A stretch of DNA of 64,000 bases from Eledone cirrhosa (GCA_964016885.1 OZ024741.1:229276001-229340000); one strand, 5' to 3'. Positions 1 through 19,224 are shown, counted from the first letter of the stretch. The notes: generated by a model not told the origin, from the sequence alone. Made by a program: numbers and translations.

Positions 1-1304
1 GACTGATACACATACACACCAGACTGATAAACATACACACAAGACTGATATACACATACACACCAGACTGATACACATACACACCAGACTGATACACATA
101 CACACCAGACTGATAAACATACACACCAGACTGATATACACACACACCAGACTGATACATATAGACACCAGACTGATATACATACACACCAGACTGATAC
201 ACATATACACCAGACTGATACAAATACACACCTGATTGATATACATACACACCAGTCTGATACACATACACACCAGAATGATACACATACACACCAGACT
301 GATACACATACACACCAGACTGATACACATACACACCAGACTGATATACATACACACCAGACTGATACACATACACACCAGACTGATATACATACACACC
401 AGACTGATATACACTCACACCAGACTGATACACATACACACTAGACTGACATACATACACACCAGACTGATATACATACACACCAGACTGATACACATAC
501 ACACCGGACTGATACACATACACACCAGACTGACATACATACACACCAGACTGATACACATACACACCAGACTGATACACATACACACCAGACTGACATA
601 CATACACACCAGACTGATATACACACACACTAGACTGATACACATACACACCAGACTGATACACATACACACCAGACTGATACACATACACACCAGACTG
701 ATATACACACACACCAGACTGATACACATGCACACCAGACTGATATACATACACACCAGACTGATACACATACACACCAGACTAATACACATACACACCA
801 GACTGATACACATACACACCAGATTGATACACATACACACCAGACTGATATACATACACACCAGACCGATACACATACACACCAGACTGATATACATACA
901 CACCAGACTGATACACATACACACCAGACTGATACACATACACACCAGAATGATACACATACACTCCAGACTGATATACATACACACCAGACTGATATAC
1001 ATACACACCAGACTGATACACATACACACCAGACTGATACACATACACACCAGACTGATACACATACACACCAGACTGATACAGATACACACCAGACTGA
1101 TATACATATACACCAGACTGATACACATACACACCAGACTGATATACATACACACCATACTGATACACATACACACCAGACTGATATACATACACACCAG
1201 ACTGATACACATACACACCAGAATGATACACATACACACCAGACTGATATACATACACACCAGACTGATACACATACACACCAGACTGATACACATACAC
1301 ACCA

Positions 1305-2606
1305 GACTGATACACATACACACCAGTCTGATACACATACACACCAGAATGATACACATACACACCAGACTGATACACATACACACCAGACTGATACACA
1401 TACACACAAGACTGAAACACATACACACCAGACTGATACACATACACACCAGACTGATACACATACACACCAGACTGATACACATACACACCAGACTGAT
1501 ACACATACACACCAGACTGATATACATACACACCAGACTGATACACATACACACCAGAATGATACACATACACACCAGACTGATATACATACACACCAGA
1601 TTGATACACATACACACCAGACTGATATACATACACACCAGACTGATACACATACACACCAGACTGATATACCTACACACCAGACTGATACACATACACA
1701 CCAGACTGATACAAACACACACCAGACTGATATACACACACACCAGACTGATACACATGCACACCAGACTGATATACATACACATCAGACTGATACACAT
1801 ACACACCAGACTGATACACATACACACCAGACTGATATACATACACACCAGACTGATACACATACACACCAGACTGATACACATACACACCAGACTGTTA
1901 AACATACACACCAGACTGATATACACACACACCAGACTGATACATATACACACCAGACTGATACACATACACACCAGTCTGATACACATACACACCAGAA
2001 TGATACACATACACACCAGACTGATACACATACACACCAGACTGATACACATACACACAAGACTGAAACACATACACACCAGACTGATACACATACACAC
2101 CAGACTGATACACATACACACCAGACTGATACACATACACACCAGACTGATACACATACACACCAGACTGATATACATACACACCAGACTGATACACATA
2201 CACACCAGAATGATACACATACACACCAGACTGATATACATACACACCAGACTGATACACATACACACCAGACTGATATACATACACACCAGACTGATAC
2301 ACATACACACCAGACTGATATACCTACACACCAGACTGATACACATACACACCAGACTGATACAAACACACACCAGACTGATATACACACACACCAGACT
2401 GATACACATGCACACCAGACTGATATACATACACATCAGACTGATACACATACACACCAGACTGATACACATACACACCAGACTGATATACATACACACC
2501 AGACTGATACACATACACACCAGACTGATACACATACACACCAGACTGTTAAACATACACACCAGACTGACATACACACACACCAGACTGATACATATAC
2601 ACACCA
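1305..2606. repeat. 651-bp (31-monomer) tandem duplication
   Basis: Ordered variants CAGTCTG, GAATGAT, CACAAGACTGAAAC, TACCTAC, CATGCAC, CATCAG and GTTAAAC repeat at offset 651 (ORF landmarks 1673/2324, 1898/2549). Confidence 0.9.
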
Positions 2607-3099
2607 GACTGATATACATACACACCAGACTGATACACATATACACCAGACTGATACAAATACACACCTGATTGATATACATACACACCAGACTGATACA
2701 CATACACACCAGAATGATACACATACACACCAGACTGATACACATACACACCAGACTGATACACATACACACCAGACTGATATACATACACACCAGACTG
2801 ATACACATACACACCAGACTGATATATATACACACCAGACTGATATACACACACACCAGACTGATACACATACACACTAGACTGACATACATACACACCA
2901 GACTGATATACATACACACCAGACTGATACACATACACACCAGACTGATACACATACACACCAGACTGACATACATACACACCAGACTGATACACATACA
3001 CACCAGACTGATACACATACACACCCGACTGACATACATACATACCAGACTGATATACACACACACCAGACTGATACACATACACACCAGACTGATACA

Positions 3100-6000
3100 C
3101 ATACACACCAGACTGATACACATACACACCAGACTGATATACACACACACCAGACTGATACACATGCACACCAGACTGATATACATACACACCAGACTGA
3201 TACACATACACACCAGACTGATACACATACACACCAGACTGATACACATACACACCAGACTGATACACATACACACCAGACTGATATACATACACACCAG
3301 ACTGATACACATACACACCAGAATGATACACATACACTCCAGACTGATATACATACACACCAGACTGATATACATAAACACCAGACTGATACACATACAC
3401 ACCAGACTGATACACATACACACCAGACTGATACACATACACACCAGACTGATACACATACACACCAGACTGATACACATACACACCAGACTGATACACA
3501 TACACACCAGACTGATACAGATACACACCAGACTGATACAGATACACACCAGACTGATATACATATACACCAGACTGATACACATACTCACCAGACTGAT
3601 ATACATACACACCAGACTGATACACATACACACCAGACTGATACAGATACACACCAGACTGATATAAATATACACCAGACTGATACACATACACACCAGA
3701 CTGATACACATACACACCAGAATGATACACATACACACCAGACTGATATACATACACACCAGACTGATACACATACACACCAGACTGATACACATACACA
3801 CCAGACTGATACACATACACACCAGACTGATACACATACACACCAGACTGATACACATACACACCAGACTGATACACATACACACCAGACTGATACACAT
3901 ACACACCAGACTGATACACATACACACCAGACTGATATACATACACACCAGACTGATACACATACACACCAGAATGATACACATACACACCAGACTGATA
4001 TACATACACACCAGACTGATACACATACACACCAGACTGATATACATACACACCAGACTGATACACATACACACCAGACTGATATACCTACACACCAGAC
4101 TGATACACATACACACCAGAATGATACACATACACACCAGACTGATATACATACACACCACACTGATACAAACACACACCAGACTGATATATACACACAC
4201 CAGACTGATACACATGCACACCAGACTGATATACATACACACCAGACTGATACACATACACACCAGACTGATACACATACACACCAGACTGATACACATA
4301 CACACCAGACTGATACACATACACACCAGACTGATATACATACACACCAGACTGATACACATACACACCAGACTGATATACATACACACCAGACTGATAC
4401 ACATACACACCAGACTGATACACATACACACCAGAATGATACACATACACTCCAGACTGATATACATACACACCAGACTGATATACACACACACCAGACT
4501 GATACACATACACACTAGACTGACATACATACACACCAGACTGATATACATACACACCAGACTGATACACATACACACCAGACTGATACACATACACACC
4601 AGACTGACATACATACACACCAGACTGATACACATACACACCAGACTGATACACATACACACCAGACTGATACACATACACACCAGACTGATATACATAC
4701 ACACTAGACTGATATACACACACACCAGACTGATACACATGCACACCAGACTGATATACATACACACCAGACTGATACACATACACACCAGACTGATACA
4801 CATACACACCAGACTGATACACATACACACCAGACTGATACACATACACACCAGACTGATGTACATACACACCAGACTGATATACATACACTCCAGACTG
4901 ATACACATACACACCAGACTTATACACATACACACCAGACTGATACACATACACACCAGACTGATACACATACACACCAGACTGATACACATACACTCCA
5001 GACTGATACACATAAACACCAGACTGATACACATACACACCAGACTGATATACATACACACCAGACTGATACACATACACTCCAGACTGATACATATACA
5101 CACCAGACTGATACACATACACACCCGACTGATACACATACACACCAGACTGATACACATACACTCCAGACTGATACATATAAACACCAGACTGATACAC
5201 ATACACACCAGACTGATACACATACACACCAGACTGATACACATACACTCCAGACTGATACACATAAACACCAGACTGATACACATACACACCAGACTGA
5301 TATACATACACACCAGACTGATACACATAAACACCAGACTGATACACATACACACCAGACTGATACACATACACACCAGACTGATATACATACACACCAG
5401 ACTGATACACATACACTCCAGACTGATACATATACACACCAGACAGATACACATACACACCAGACTGATACACATACACACCAGACTGATACACATACAC
5501 TCCAGACTGATACACATAAACACCAGACTGATACACATACACACCAGACTGATACACATACACACCAGACTGATACACATACACTCCAGACTGATACACA
5601 TAAACACCAGACTGATACACATACACACCAGACTGATATACATACACACCAGACTGATACACATAAACACCAGACTGATACACATACACACCAGACTGAT
5701 ACACATACACACCAGACTGATACACATACACACCAGACTGATATACATACACACCAGACTGATATACATACACACCAGACTGATACATATACACACCAGA
5801 CTGATACACATACACACCAGACTGATACACATACACACTTGACTGATATACATACACACCAGAGTGATATACAAACACACCAGACTGATACACATACAGA
5901 CCAGACTGATACACACACACACCAGACTGATACACATACACACCAGACTGATATACACATACACACCAGACTTATACACATACACACCAGACTGATACAC

Positions 6001-9000
6001 ATACACACCAGACTGATACACATACACACCAGACTGATACACATACACACGAGACTGATATACATACACAGCAGACTGATATACATACACACCAGACTGA
6101 TATACATACACACCAGACTGATATACATACACACGGGACTGATACACATACACACCAGACTGATACACATACACACCAGACTGACATACATACACACCAG
6201 ACTGATACACATACACACCAGACTGATACACATACACACCAGACTGACATACATACACACCAGACTGATATACACACACACCAGACTGATACACATACAC
6301 ACCAGACTGATACACATACACACCAGACTGATACACATACACACCAGACTGATATACACACACACCAGACTGATACACATACACACCAGAATGATACACA
6401 TACACTCCAGACTGATATACATACACACCAGACTGATACACATACACACCAGACTGATACACATACACACCAGACTGATACACATACACACCAGACTGAT
6501 ACACATACACACCAGACTGATACACATACACACCAGACTGATACACATACACACCAGACTGATATACATATACACCAGACTGATACACATACACACCAGA
6601 CTGATACACATACACACCAGAATGATACACATACACTCCAGACTGATATACATACACACCAGACTGATATACACACACACCAGACTGATACACATACACA
6701 CCAGACTGACATACATACACACCAGACTGATATACATACACACCAGACTGATACACATACACACCAGACTGATACACATACACACCAGAGTGATATACAT
6801 AAACACCAGACTGATACACATACACACCAGACTGATACACATACACACCAGACTGATACACATACACACCAGACTGATATACATACACACCAGACTGATA
6901 CACATACACACCAGACTGATACACATACACACCAGACTGATACACATTCACACCAGACTGATACACATACTCACCAGACTGATACACATACACACCAGAA
7001 TGATACACATACACTCCAGACTGATATACATACACACCAGACTGATATACATACACACCAGACTGATACACATACACACCAGACTGATACACATACACAC
7101 CAGACTGATACACATACACACCAGACTGATACACATACACACCAGACTGATACACATACACACCAGACTGATACACATACACACCAGACTGATGCACATA
7201 CACACCAGACTGATACAGATACACACCAGACTGATATACATATACACCAGACAGATACACATACACACCAGACTGATATACATACACACCATACTGATAC
7301 ACATACACACCAGACTGATACACATACACACCAGACTGATACACATACACACCAGAATGATATACATACACACCAGACTGATACACATACACACCAGACT
7401 GATATACATACACACCAGACTGATACACATACACACCAGAATGATACACATACACACCAGACTGATATACATACACACCAGACTGATACACATACACACC
7501 AGACTGATATACATACACACCAGACTGATACACATACACACCAGACTGATATACATACACACCAGACTGATACACATACACACCAGACTGATACACATAC
7601 ACACCAGACTGATACACATACACACCAGACTGATACACATACACACCAGACTGATACAGATACACACCAGACTGATATACATATACACCAGACTGATACA
7701 CATACACACCAGACTGATACACATACACACCAGAATGATACACATACACTCCAGACTGATATACATACACACCAGACTGATACACAGACTGATATACATA
7801 CACACCAGACTGATATACATACACACCAGACTGATATACATATACACCAGACTGATACACATACACACCAGACTGATACACATAAACACCAGACTGATAC
7901 ACATACACACCAGACTGATATACATACACACCAGACTGATACACATAAACACCAGACTGATACACATACACACCAGACTGATATACATACACACCAGACT
8001 GATACACATAAACACCAGACTGATACACATACACACCAGACTGATATACACACACACCAGACTGATACACATGCACACCAGACTGATATACATACACACC
8101 AGACTGATACACATACACACCAGACTGATACACATACACACCAGACTGATACACATACACACCAGACTGATACACATACACACCAGACTGATATACATAC
8201 ACACCAGACTGATACACATACACACCAGAATGATACACATACACTCCAGACTGATATACATACACACCAGACTGATATACATAAACACCAGACTGATACA
8301 CATACACACCAGACTGATACACATACACACCAGACTGATACACATACACACCAGACTGATACACATACACACCAGACTGATACACATACACACCAGACTG
8401 ATACACATACACACCAGACTGATACACATACACACCAGACTGATACAGATACACACCAGACTGATATACATATACACCAGACTGATACACATACTCACCA
8501 GACTGATATACATACACACCAGACTGATACACATACACACCAGACTGATACAGATACACACCAGACTGATATACATATACACCAGACTGATACACATACA
8601 CACCAGACTGATACACATACACACCAGAATGATACACATACACACCAGACTGATATACATACACACCAGACTGATACACATACACACCAGACTGATACAC
8701 ATACACACCAGACTGATACACATACACACCAGACTGATACACATACACACCAGACTGATACACATACACACCAGACTGATACACATACACACCAGACTGA
8801 TACACACACACACCAGACTGATACACATACACACCAGACTGATATACATACACACCAGACTGATACACATACACACCAGAATGATACACATACACACCAG
8901 ACTGATATACATACACACCAGACTGATACACATACACACCAGACTGATATACATACACACCAGACTGATACACATACACACCAGACTGATATACCTACAC

Positions 9001-12000
9001 ACCAGACTGATACACATACACACCACACTGATACAAACACACACCAGACTGATATATACACACACCAGACTGATACACATGCACACCAGACTGATATACA
9101 TACACACCAGACTGATACACATACACACCAGACTGATACACATACACACCAGACTGATACACATACACACCAGACTGATACACATACACACCAGACTGAT
9201 ATACATACACACCAGACTGATACACATACACACCAGACTGATATACATACACACCAGACTGATACACATACACACCAGACTGAAACACATACACACCAGA
9301 TTATACACATACACTCCAGACTGATATACATACACACCAGACTGATATACACACACACCAGACTGATACACATACACACTAGACTGACATACATACACAC
9401 CAGACTGATATACATACACACCAGACTGATACACATACACACCAGACTGATACACATACACACCAGACTGACATACATACACACCAGACTGATACACATA
9501 CACACCAGACTGATACACATACACACCAGACTGATACACATACACACCAGACTGATATACATACACACTAGACTGATATACACACACACCAGACTGATAC
9601 ACATGCACACCAGACTGATATACATACACACCAGACTGATACACATACACACCAGACTGATACACATACACACCAGACTGATACACATACACACCAGACT
9701 GATACACATACACACCAGACTGATATACATACACACCAGACTGATATACATACACTCCAGACTGATACACATACACACCAGACTTATACACATACACACC
9801 CGACTGACATACATACATACCAGACTGATATACACACACACCAGACTGATACACATACACACCAGACTGATACACATACACACCAGACTGATACACATAC
9901 ACACCAGACTGATATACACACACACCAGACTGATACACATGCACACCAGACTGATATACATACACACCAGACTGATACACATACACACCAGACTGATATA
10001 CATACACACCAGACTGATACACATAAACACCAGACTGATACACATACACACCAGACTGATACACATACACACCAGACTGATATACATACACACCAGACTG
10101 ATACACATACACTCCAGACTGATACATATACACACCAGACAGATACACATACACACCAGACTGATACACATACACACCAGACTGATACACATACACTCCA
10201 GACTGATACACATAAACACCAGACTGATACACATACACACCAGACTGATACACATACACACCAGACTGATACACATACACTCCAGACTGATACACATAAA
10301 CACCAGACTGATACACATACACACCAGACTGATATACATACACACCAGACTGATACACATAAACACCAGACTGATACACATACACACCAGACTGATACAC
10401 ATACACACCAGACTGATACACATACACACCAGACTGATATACATACACACCAGACTGATATACATACACACCAGACTGATACATATACACACCAGACTGA
10501 TACACATACACACCAGACTGATACACATACACACTTGACTGATATACATACACACCAGAGTGATATACAAACACACCAGACTGATACACATACAGACCAG
10601 ACTGATACACACACACACCAGACTGATACACATACACACCAGACTGATATACACATACACACCAGACTTATACACATACACACCAGACTGATACACATAC
10701 ACACCAGACTGATACACATACACACCAGACTGATACACATACACACGAGACTGATATACATACACAGCAGACTGATATACATACACACCAGACTGATATA
10801 CATACACACCAGACTGATATACATACACACGGGACTGATACACATACACACCAGACTGATACACATACACACCAGACTGACATACATACACACCAGACTG
10901 ATACACATACACACCAGACTGATACACATACACACCAGACTGACATACATACACACCAGACTGATATACACACACACCAGACTGATACACATACACACCA
11001 GACTGATACACATACACACCAGACTGATACACATACACACCAGACTGATATACACACACACCAGACTGATACACATACACACCAGAATGATACACATACA
11101 CTCCAGACTGATATACATACACACCAGACTGATACACATACACACCAGACTGATACACATACACACCAGACTGATACACATACACACCAGACTGATACAC
11201 ATACACACCAGACTGATACACATACACACCAGACTGATACACATACACACCAGACTGATACACATACACACCAGACTGATACACATACACACCAGACTGA
11301 TACAGATACACACCAGACTGATATACATATACACCAGACTGATACACATACACACCAGACTGATACACATACACACCAGAATGATACACATACACTCCAG
11401 ACTGATATACATACACACCAGACTGATATACACACACACCAGACTGATACACATACACACCAGACTGACATACATACACACCAGACTGATATACATACAC
11501 ACCAGACTGATACACATACACACCAGACTGATACACATACACACCAGAGTGATATACATAAACACCAGACTGATACACATACACACCAGACTGATACACA
11601 TACACACCAGACTGATACACATACACACCAGACTGATATACATACACACCAGACTGATACACATACACACCAGACTGATACACATACACACCAGACTGAT
11701 ACACATTCACACCAGACTGATACACATACTCACCAGACTGATACACATACACACCAGAATGATACACATACACTCCAGACTGATATACATACACACCAGA
11801 CTGATATACATACACACCAGACTGATACACATACACACCAGACTGATACACATACACACCAGACTGATACACATACACACCAGACTGATACACATACACA
11901 CCAGACTGATACACATACACACCAGACTGATACACATACACACCAGACTGATACACATACACACCAGACTGATACAGATACACACCAGACTGATATACAT

Positions 12001-15000
12001 ATACACCAGACTGATACACATACACACCAGACTGATATACATACACACCATACTGATACACATACACACCAGACTGATACACATACACACCAGACTGATA
12101 CACATACACACCAGAATGATATACATACACACCAGACTGATACACATACACACCAGACTGATATACATACACACCAGACTGATACACATACACACCAGAA
12201 TGATACACATACACACCAGACTGATATACATACACACCAGACTGATACACATACACACCAGACTGATATACATACACACCAGACTGATACACATACACAC
12301 CAGACTGATATACATACACACCAGACTGATACACATACACACCAGACTGATACACATACACACCAGACTGATACACATACACACCAGACTGATACACATA
12401 CACACCAGACTGATACAGATACACACCAGACTGATATACATATACACCAGACTGATACACATACACACCAGACTGATACACATACACACCAGAATGATAC
12501 ACATACACTCCAGACTGATATACATACACACCAGACTGATACACAGACTGATATACATACACACCAGACTGATATACATACACACCAGACTGATATACAT
12601 ATACACCAGACTGATACACATACACACCAGACTGATACACATAAACACCAGACTGATACACATACACACCAGACTGATATACATACACACCAGACTGATA
12701 CACATAAACACCAGACTGATACACATACACACCAGACTGATACACATACACACCAGACTGATATACATACACACCAGACTGATACACATACACTCCAGAC
12801 TGATACATATACACACCAGACAGATACACATACACACCAGACTGATACACATACACACCAGACTGATACACATACACTCCAGACTGATACACATAAACAC
12901 CAGACTGATACACATACACACCAGACTGATACACATACACACCAGACTGATACACATACACTCCAGACTGATACACATACACACCAGACTGATATACATA
13001 CACACCAGACTGATACACATAAACACCAGACTGATACACATACACACCAGACTGATACACATACACACCAGACTGATACACATACACACCAGACTTATAT
13101 ACATACACACCAGACTGATATACATACACACCAGACTGATACATATACACACCAGACTGATACACATACACACCAGACTGATACACATACACACTTGACT
13201 GATATACATACACACCAGAGTGATATACAAACACACCAGACTGATACACATACAGACCGGACTGATACACACACACACCAGACTGATACACATACACACC
13301 AGACTGATATACACATACACACCAGACTGATACACATACACTCCAGACTGATACACATAAACACCAGACTGATACACATACACACCAGACTGATACACAT
13401 ACACACCAGAATGATACACATACACTCCAGACTGATATACATACACACCAGACTGATATACACACACACCAGACTGATACACATACACACTAGACTGACA
13501 TACATACACACCAGACTGATATACATACACACCAGACTGATACACATACACACCAGACTGATATACATACACACCAGACTGACATACATACACACCAGAC
13601 TGATACACATACACACTTGACTGATATACATACACTCCAGACTGATACACATACACACCAGACTGATATACATACACACCAGACTGATACACATACACAC
13701 CAGACTGATACACATACACACCAGACTGATATACATACACACCAGACTGATATACATACACACCAGACTGATACATATACACACCAGACTGATACACATA
13801 CACACCAGACTGATACACATACACACTTGACTGATATACATACACACCAGAGTGATATACAAACACACCAGACTGATACACATACAGACCGGACTGATAC
13901 ACACACACACCAGACTGATACACATACACACCAGACTGATATACACATACACACCAGACTGATACACATACACTCCAGACTGATACACATAAACACCAGA
14001 CTGATACACATACACACCAGACTGATACACATACACACCAGAATGATACACATACACTCCAGACTGATATACATACACACCAGACTGATATACACACACA
14101 CCAGACTGATACACATACACACTAGACTGACATACATACACACCAGACTGATATACATACACACCAGACTGATACACATACACACCAGACTGATACACAT
14201 ACACACCAGACTGACATACATACACACCAGACTGATACACATACACACCAGACTGATACACATACACACCAGACTGATACACATACACACCAGACTGATA
14301 TACACACACACCAGACTGATACACATGCACACCAGACTGATATACATACACACCAGACTGATACACATACACACCAGACTGATATACATACACACTAGAC
14401 TGATATACACACACACCAGACTGATACACATGCACACCAGACTGATATACATACACACCAGACTGATACACATACACACCAGACTGATACACATACACAC
14501 CAGACTGATACACATACACACCAGACTGATACACATACACACCAGACTGATATACATACACACCAGACTGATATACATACACTCCAGACTGATACACATA
14601 CACACCAGACTTATACACATACACACCAGACTGATACACATACACACCAGACTGATACACATACACACCAGACTGATACACATACACTCCAGACTGATAC
14701 ACATAAACACCAGACTGATACACATACACACCAGACTGATATACATACACACCAGACTGATACACATACACTCCAGACTGATACATATACACACCAGACT
14801 GATACACATACACACCCGACTGATACACATACACACCAGACTGATACACATACACTCCAGACTGATACATATAAACACCAGACTGATACACATACACACC
14901 AGACTGATACACATACACACCAGACTGATACACATACACTCCAGACTGATACACATAAACACCAGACTGATACACATACACACCAGACTGATATACATAC

Positions 15001-18000
15001 ACACCAGACTGATACACATAAACACCAGACTGATACACATACACACCAGACTGATACACATACACACCAGACTGATATACATACACACCAGACTGATACA
15101 CATACACTCCAGACTGATACATATACACACCAGACAGATACACATACACACCAGACTGATACACATACACACCAGACTGATACACATACACTCCAGACTG
15201 ATACACATAAACACCAGACTGATACACATACACACCAGACTGATACACATACACACCAGACTGATACACATACACTCCAGACTGATACACATAAACACCA
15301 GACTGATACACATACACACCAGACTGATATACATACACACCAGACTGATACACATAAACACCAGACTGATACACATACACACTAGACTGATACACATACA
15401 CACCAGACTGATACACATACACACCAGACTGATATACATACACACCAGACTGATATACATACACACCAGACTGATACATATACACACCAGACTGATACAC
15501 ATACACACCAGACTGATACACATACACACTTGACTGATATACATACACACCAGAGTGATATACAAACACACCAGACTGATACACATACAGACCAGACTGA
15601 TACACACACACACCAGACTGATACACATACACACCAGACTGATATACACATACACACCAGACTTATACACATACACACCAGACTGATACACATACACACC
15701 AGACTGATACACATACACACCAGACTGATACACATACACACGAGACTGATATACATACACAGCAGACTGATATACATACACACCAGACTGATATACATAC
15801 ACACCAGACTGATATACATACACACGGGACTGATACACATACACACCAGACTGATACACATACACACCAGACTGACATACATACACACCAGACTGATACA
15901 CATACACACCAGACTGATACACATACACACCAGACTGACATACATACACACCAGACTGATATACACACACACCAGACTGATACACATACACACCAGACTG
16001 ATACACATACACACCAGACTGATACACATACACACCAGACTGATATACACACACACCAGACTGATACACATACACACCAGAATGATACACATACACTCCA
16101 GACTGATATACATACACACCAGACTGATACACATACACACCAGACTGATACACATACACACCAGACTGATACACATACACACCAGACTGATACACATACA
16201 CACCAGACTGATACACATACACACCAGACTGATACACATACACACCAGACTGATACACATACACACCAGACTGATACACATACACACCAGACTGATACAG
16301 ATACACACCAGACTGATATACATATACACCAGACTGATACACATACACACCAGACTGATACACATACACACCAGAATGATACACATACACTCCAGACTGA
16401 TATACATACACACCAGACTGATATACACACACACCAGACTGATACACATACACACCAGACTGACATACATACACACCAGACTGATATACATACACACCAG
16501 ACTGATACACATACACACCAGACTGATACACATACACACCAGAGTGATATACATAAACACCAGACTGATACACATACACACCAGACTGATACACATACAC
16601 ACCAGACTGATACACATACACACCAGACTGATATACATACACACCAGACTGATACACATACACACCAGACTGATACACATACACACCAGACTGATACACA
16701 TTCACACCAGACTGATACACATACTCACCAGACTGATACACATACACACCAGAATGATACACATACACTCCAGACTGATATACATACACACCAGACTGAT
16801 ATACATACACACCAGACTGATACACATACACACCAGACTGATACACATACACACCAGACTGATACACATACACACCAGACTGATACACATACACACCAGA
16901 CTGATACACATACACACCAGACTGATACACATACACACCAGACTGATACACATACACACCAGACTGATACAGATACACACCAGACTGATATACATATACA
17001 CCAGACTGATACACATACACACCAGACTGATATACATACACACCATACTGATACACATACACACCAGACTGATACACATACACACCAGACTGATACACAT
17101 ACACACCAGAATGATATACATACACACCAGACTGATACACATACACACCAGACTGATATACATACACACCAGACTGATACACATACACACCAGAATGATA
17201 CACATACACACCAGACTGATATACATACACACCAGACTGATACACATACACACCAGACTGATATACATACACACCAGACTGATACACATACACACCAGAC
17301 TGATATACATACACACCAGACTGATACACATACACACCAGACTGATACACATACACACCAGACTGATACACATACACACCAGACTGATACACATACACAC
17401 CAGACTGATACAGATACACACCAGACTGATATACATATACACCAGACTGATACACATACACACCAGACTGATACACATACACACCAGAATGATACACATA
17501 CACTCCAGACTGATATACATACACACCAGACTGATACACAGACTGATATACATACACACCAGACTGATATACATACACACCAGACTGATATACATATACA
17601 CCAGACTGATACACATACACACCAGACTGATACACATAAACACCAGACTGATACACATACACACCAGACTGATATACATACACACCAGACTGATACACAT
17701 AAACACCAGACTGATACACATACACACCAGACTGATACACATACACACCAGACTGATATACATACACACCAGACTGATACACATACACTCCAGACTGATA
17801 CATATACACACCAGACAGATACACATAGACACCAGACTGATACACATACACACCAGACTGATACACATACACTCCAGACTGATACACATAAACACCAGAC
17901 TGATACACATACACACCAGACTGATACACATACACACCAGACTGATACACATACACTCCAGACTGATACACATACACACCAGACTGATATACATACACAC

Positions 18001-18400
18001 CAGACTGATACACATAAACACCAGACTGATACACATACACACCAGACTGATACACATACACACCAGACTGATACACATACACACCAGACTGATATACATA
18101 CACACCAGACTGATATACATACACACCAGACTGATACATATACACACCAGACTGATACACATACACACCAGACTGATACACATACACACTTGACTGATAT
18201 ACATACACACCAGAGTGATATACAAACACACCAGACTGATACACATACAGACCGGACTGATACACACACACACCAGACTGATACACATACACACCAGACT
18301 GATATACACATACACACCAGACTGATACACATACACTCCAGACTGATACACATAAACACCAGACTGATACACATACACACCAGACTGATACACATACACA
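3100..18400. repeat. Three imperfect tandem copies of a ~4.7-5.0 kb higher-order unit
   Basis: 12-bp truncated monomer at 7775, 12534 and 17529. 23-bp monomer followed by GACTTAT at 5946, 10642 and 15637 (offsets 4696, 4995). The 887-aa ORFs at 10535 and 15530 are near identical. Confidence 0.85.
13100..14220. repeat. 632-bp local duplication (30 monomers + 2 bp)
   Basis: CACTTGA..GAGTGATATACAAAC..CAGACCGG..23-mer block, with 23-mers at 13302 and 13934; ORF starts 13465/14097. Confidence 0.8.
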
Positions 18401-19224
18401 CCAGACTGATACACATACACTCCAGACTGATACACATAAACACCAGACTGATACACATACACACCAGACTGATATACATACACACCAGACTGATACACAT
18501 AAACACCGGAATGATACACATACACACCAGACTGATACACATACACACCAGACTGATACACATACACACCAGACTGATATACATACACACCAGACTGATA
18601 CACATACACACCAGACTGATACACATACACACCAGACTGATACACATACACACTTGACTGATATACATACACACCAGAATGATACACATACACTCCAGAC
18701 TGATATACATGCACACCAGAGTGATATACATAAACACCAGACTGATACACATACACACCAGACTGATACACATACAGACCAGACTGATACACACACACAC
18801 CAGACTGATACACATACACACCAGACTGATATACACATACACACCAGACTTATACACATACACACCAGACTGATACACATACACACCAGACTGATACACA
18901 TACACACCAGACTGATACACATACACACGAGACTGATATACATACACACCAGACTGATATACATACACACCAGACTGATATACATACACACCAGACTGAT
19001 ATACATACACACGGGACTGATACACATACACACCAGACTGATACACATACACACCAGACTGATTCACATACACACCAGACAGATACACATACACACCAGA
19101 CTGATACACATACACACCAGACTGATACACATACACACCAGACTGATATACATACACAGCAGACTGATACACATACACACCAGAATGATACACATACACA
19201 CCAGACTGATATACATACACACCA

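Larger units (their letters stand above)
1..19220. repeat. Variant domain A (copy 1)
   Basis: Rich in CACTCC followed by CATAAAC monomer pairs, GACATAC, CATGCAC, CACTTGA, GAGTGATATACAAAC, 12-bp truncated monomers and 23-bp monomers. Lacks the B markers CACCCCAGGCTTAT and TATGCATACACCCC. Confidence 0.75.

Noticed and set aside
236-2671. His-rich plus-strand ORFs (RLIHIHT and QTDTHTH repeats) suggesting metal-binding proteins
   Set aside because: Starts and stops are simply variant monomers (GAATGAT, CCTGA, CACTAG, CACTTGA). There is no signal peptide, promoter, RBS, splice context or non-repetitive sequence.
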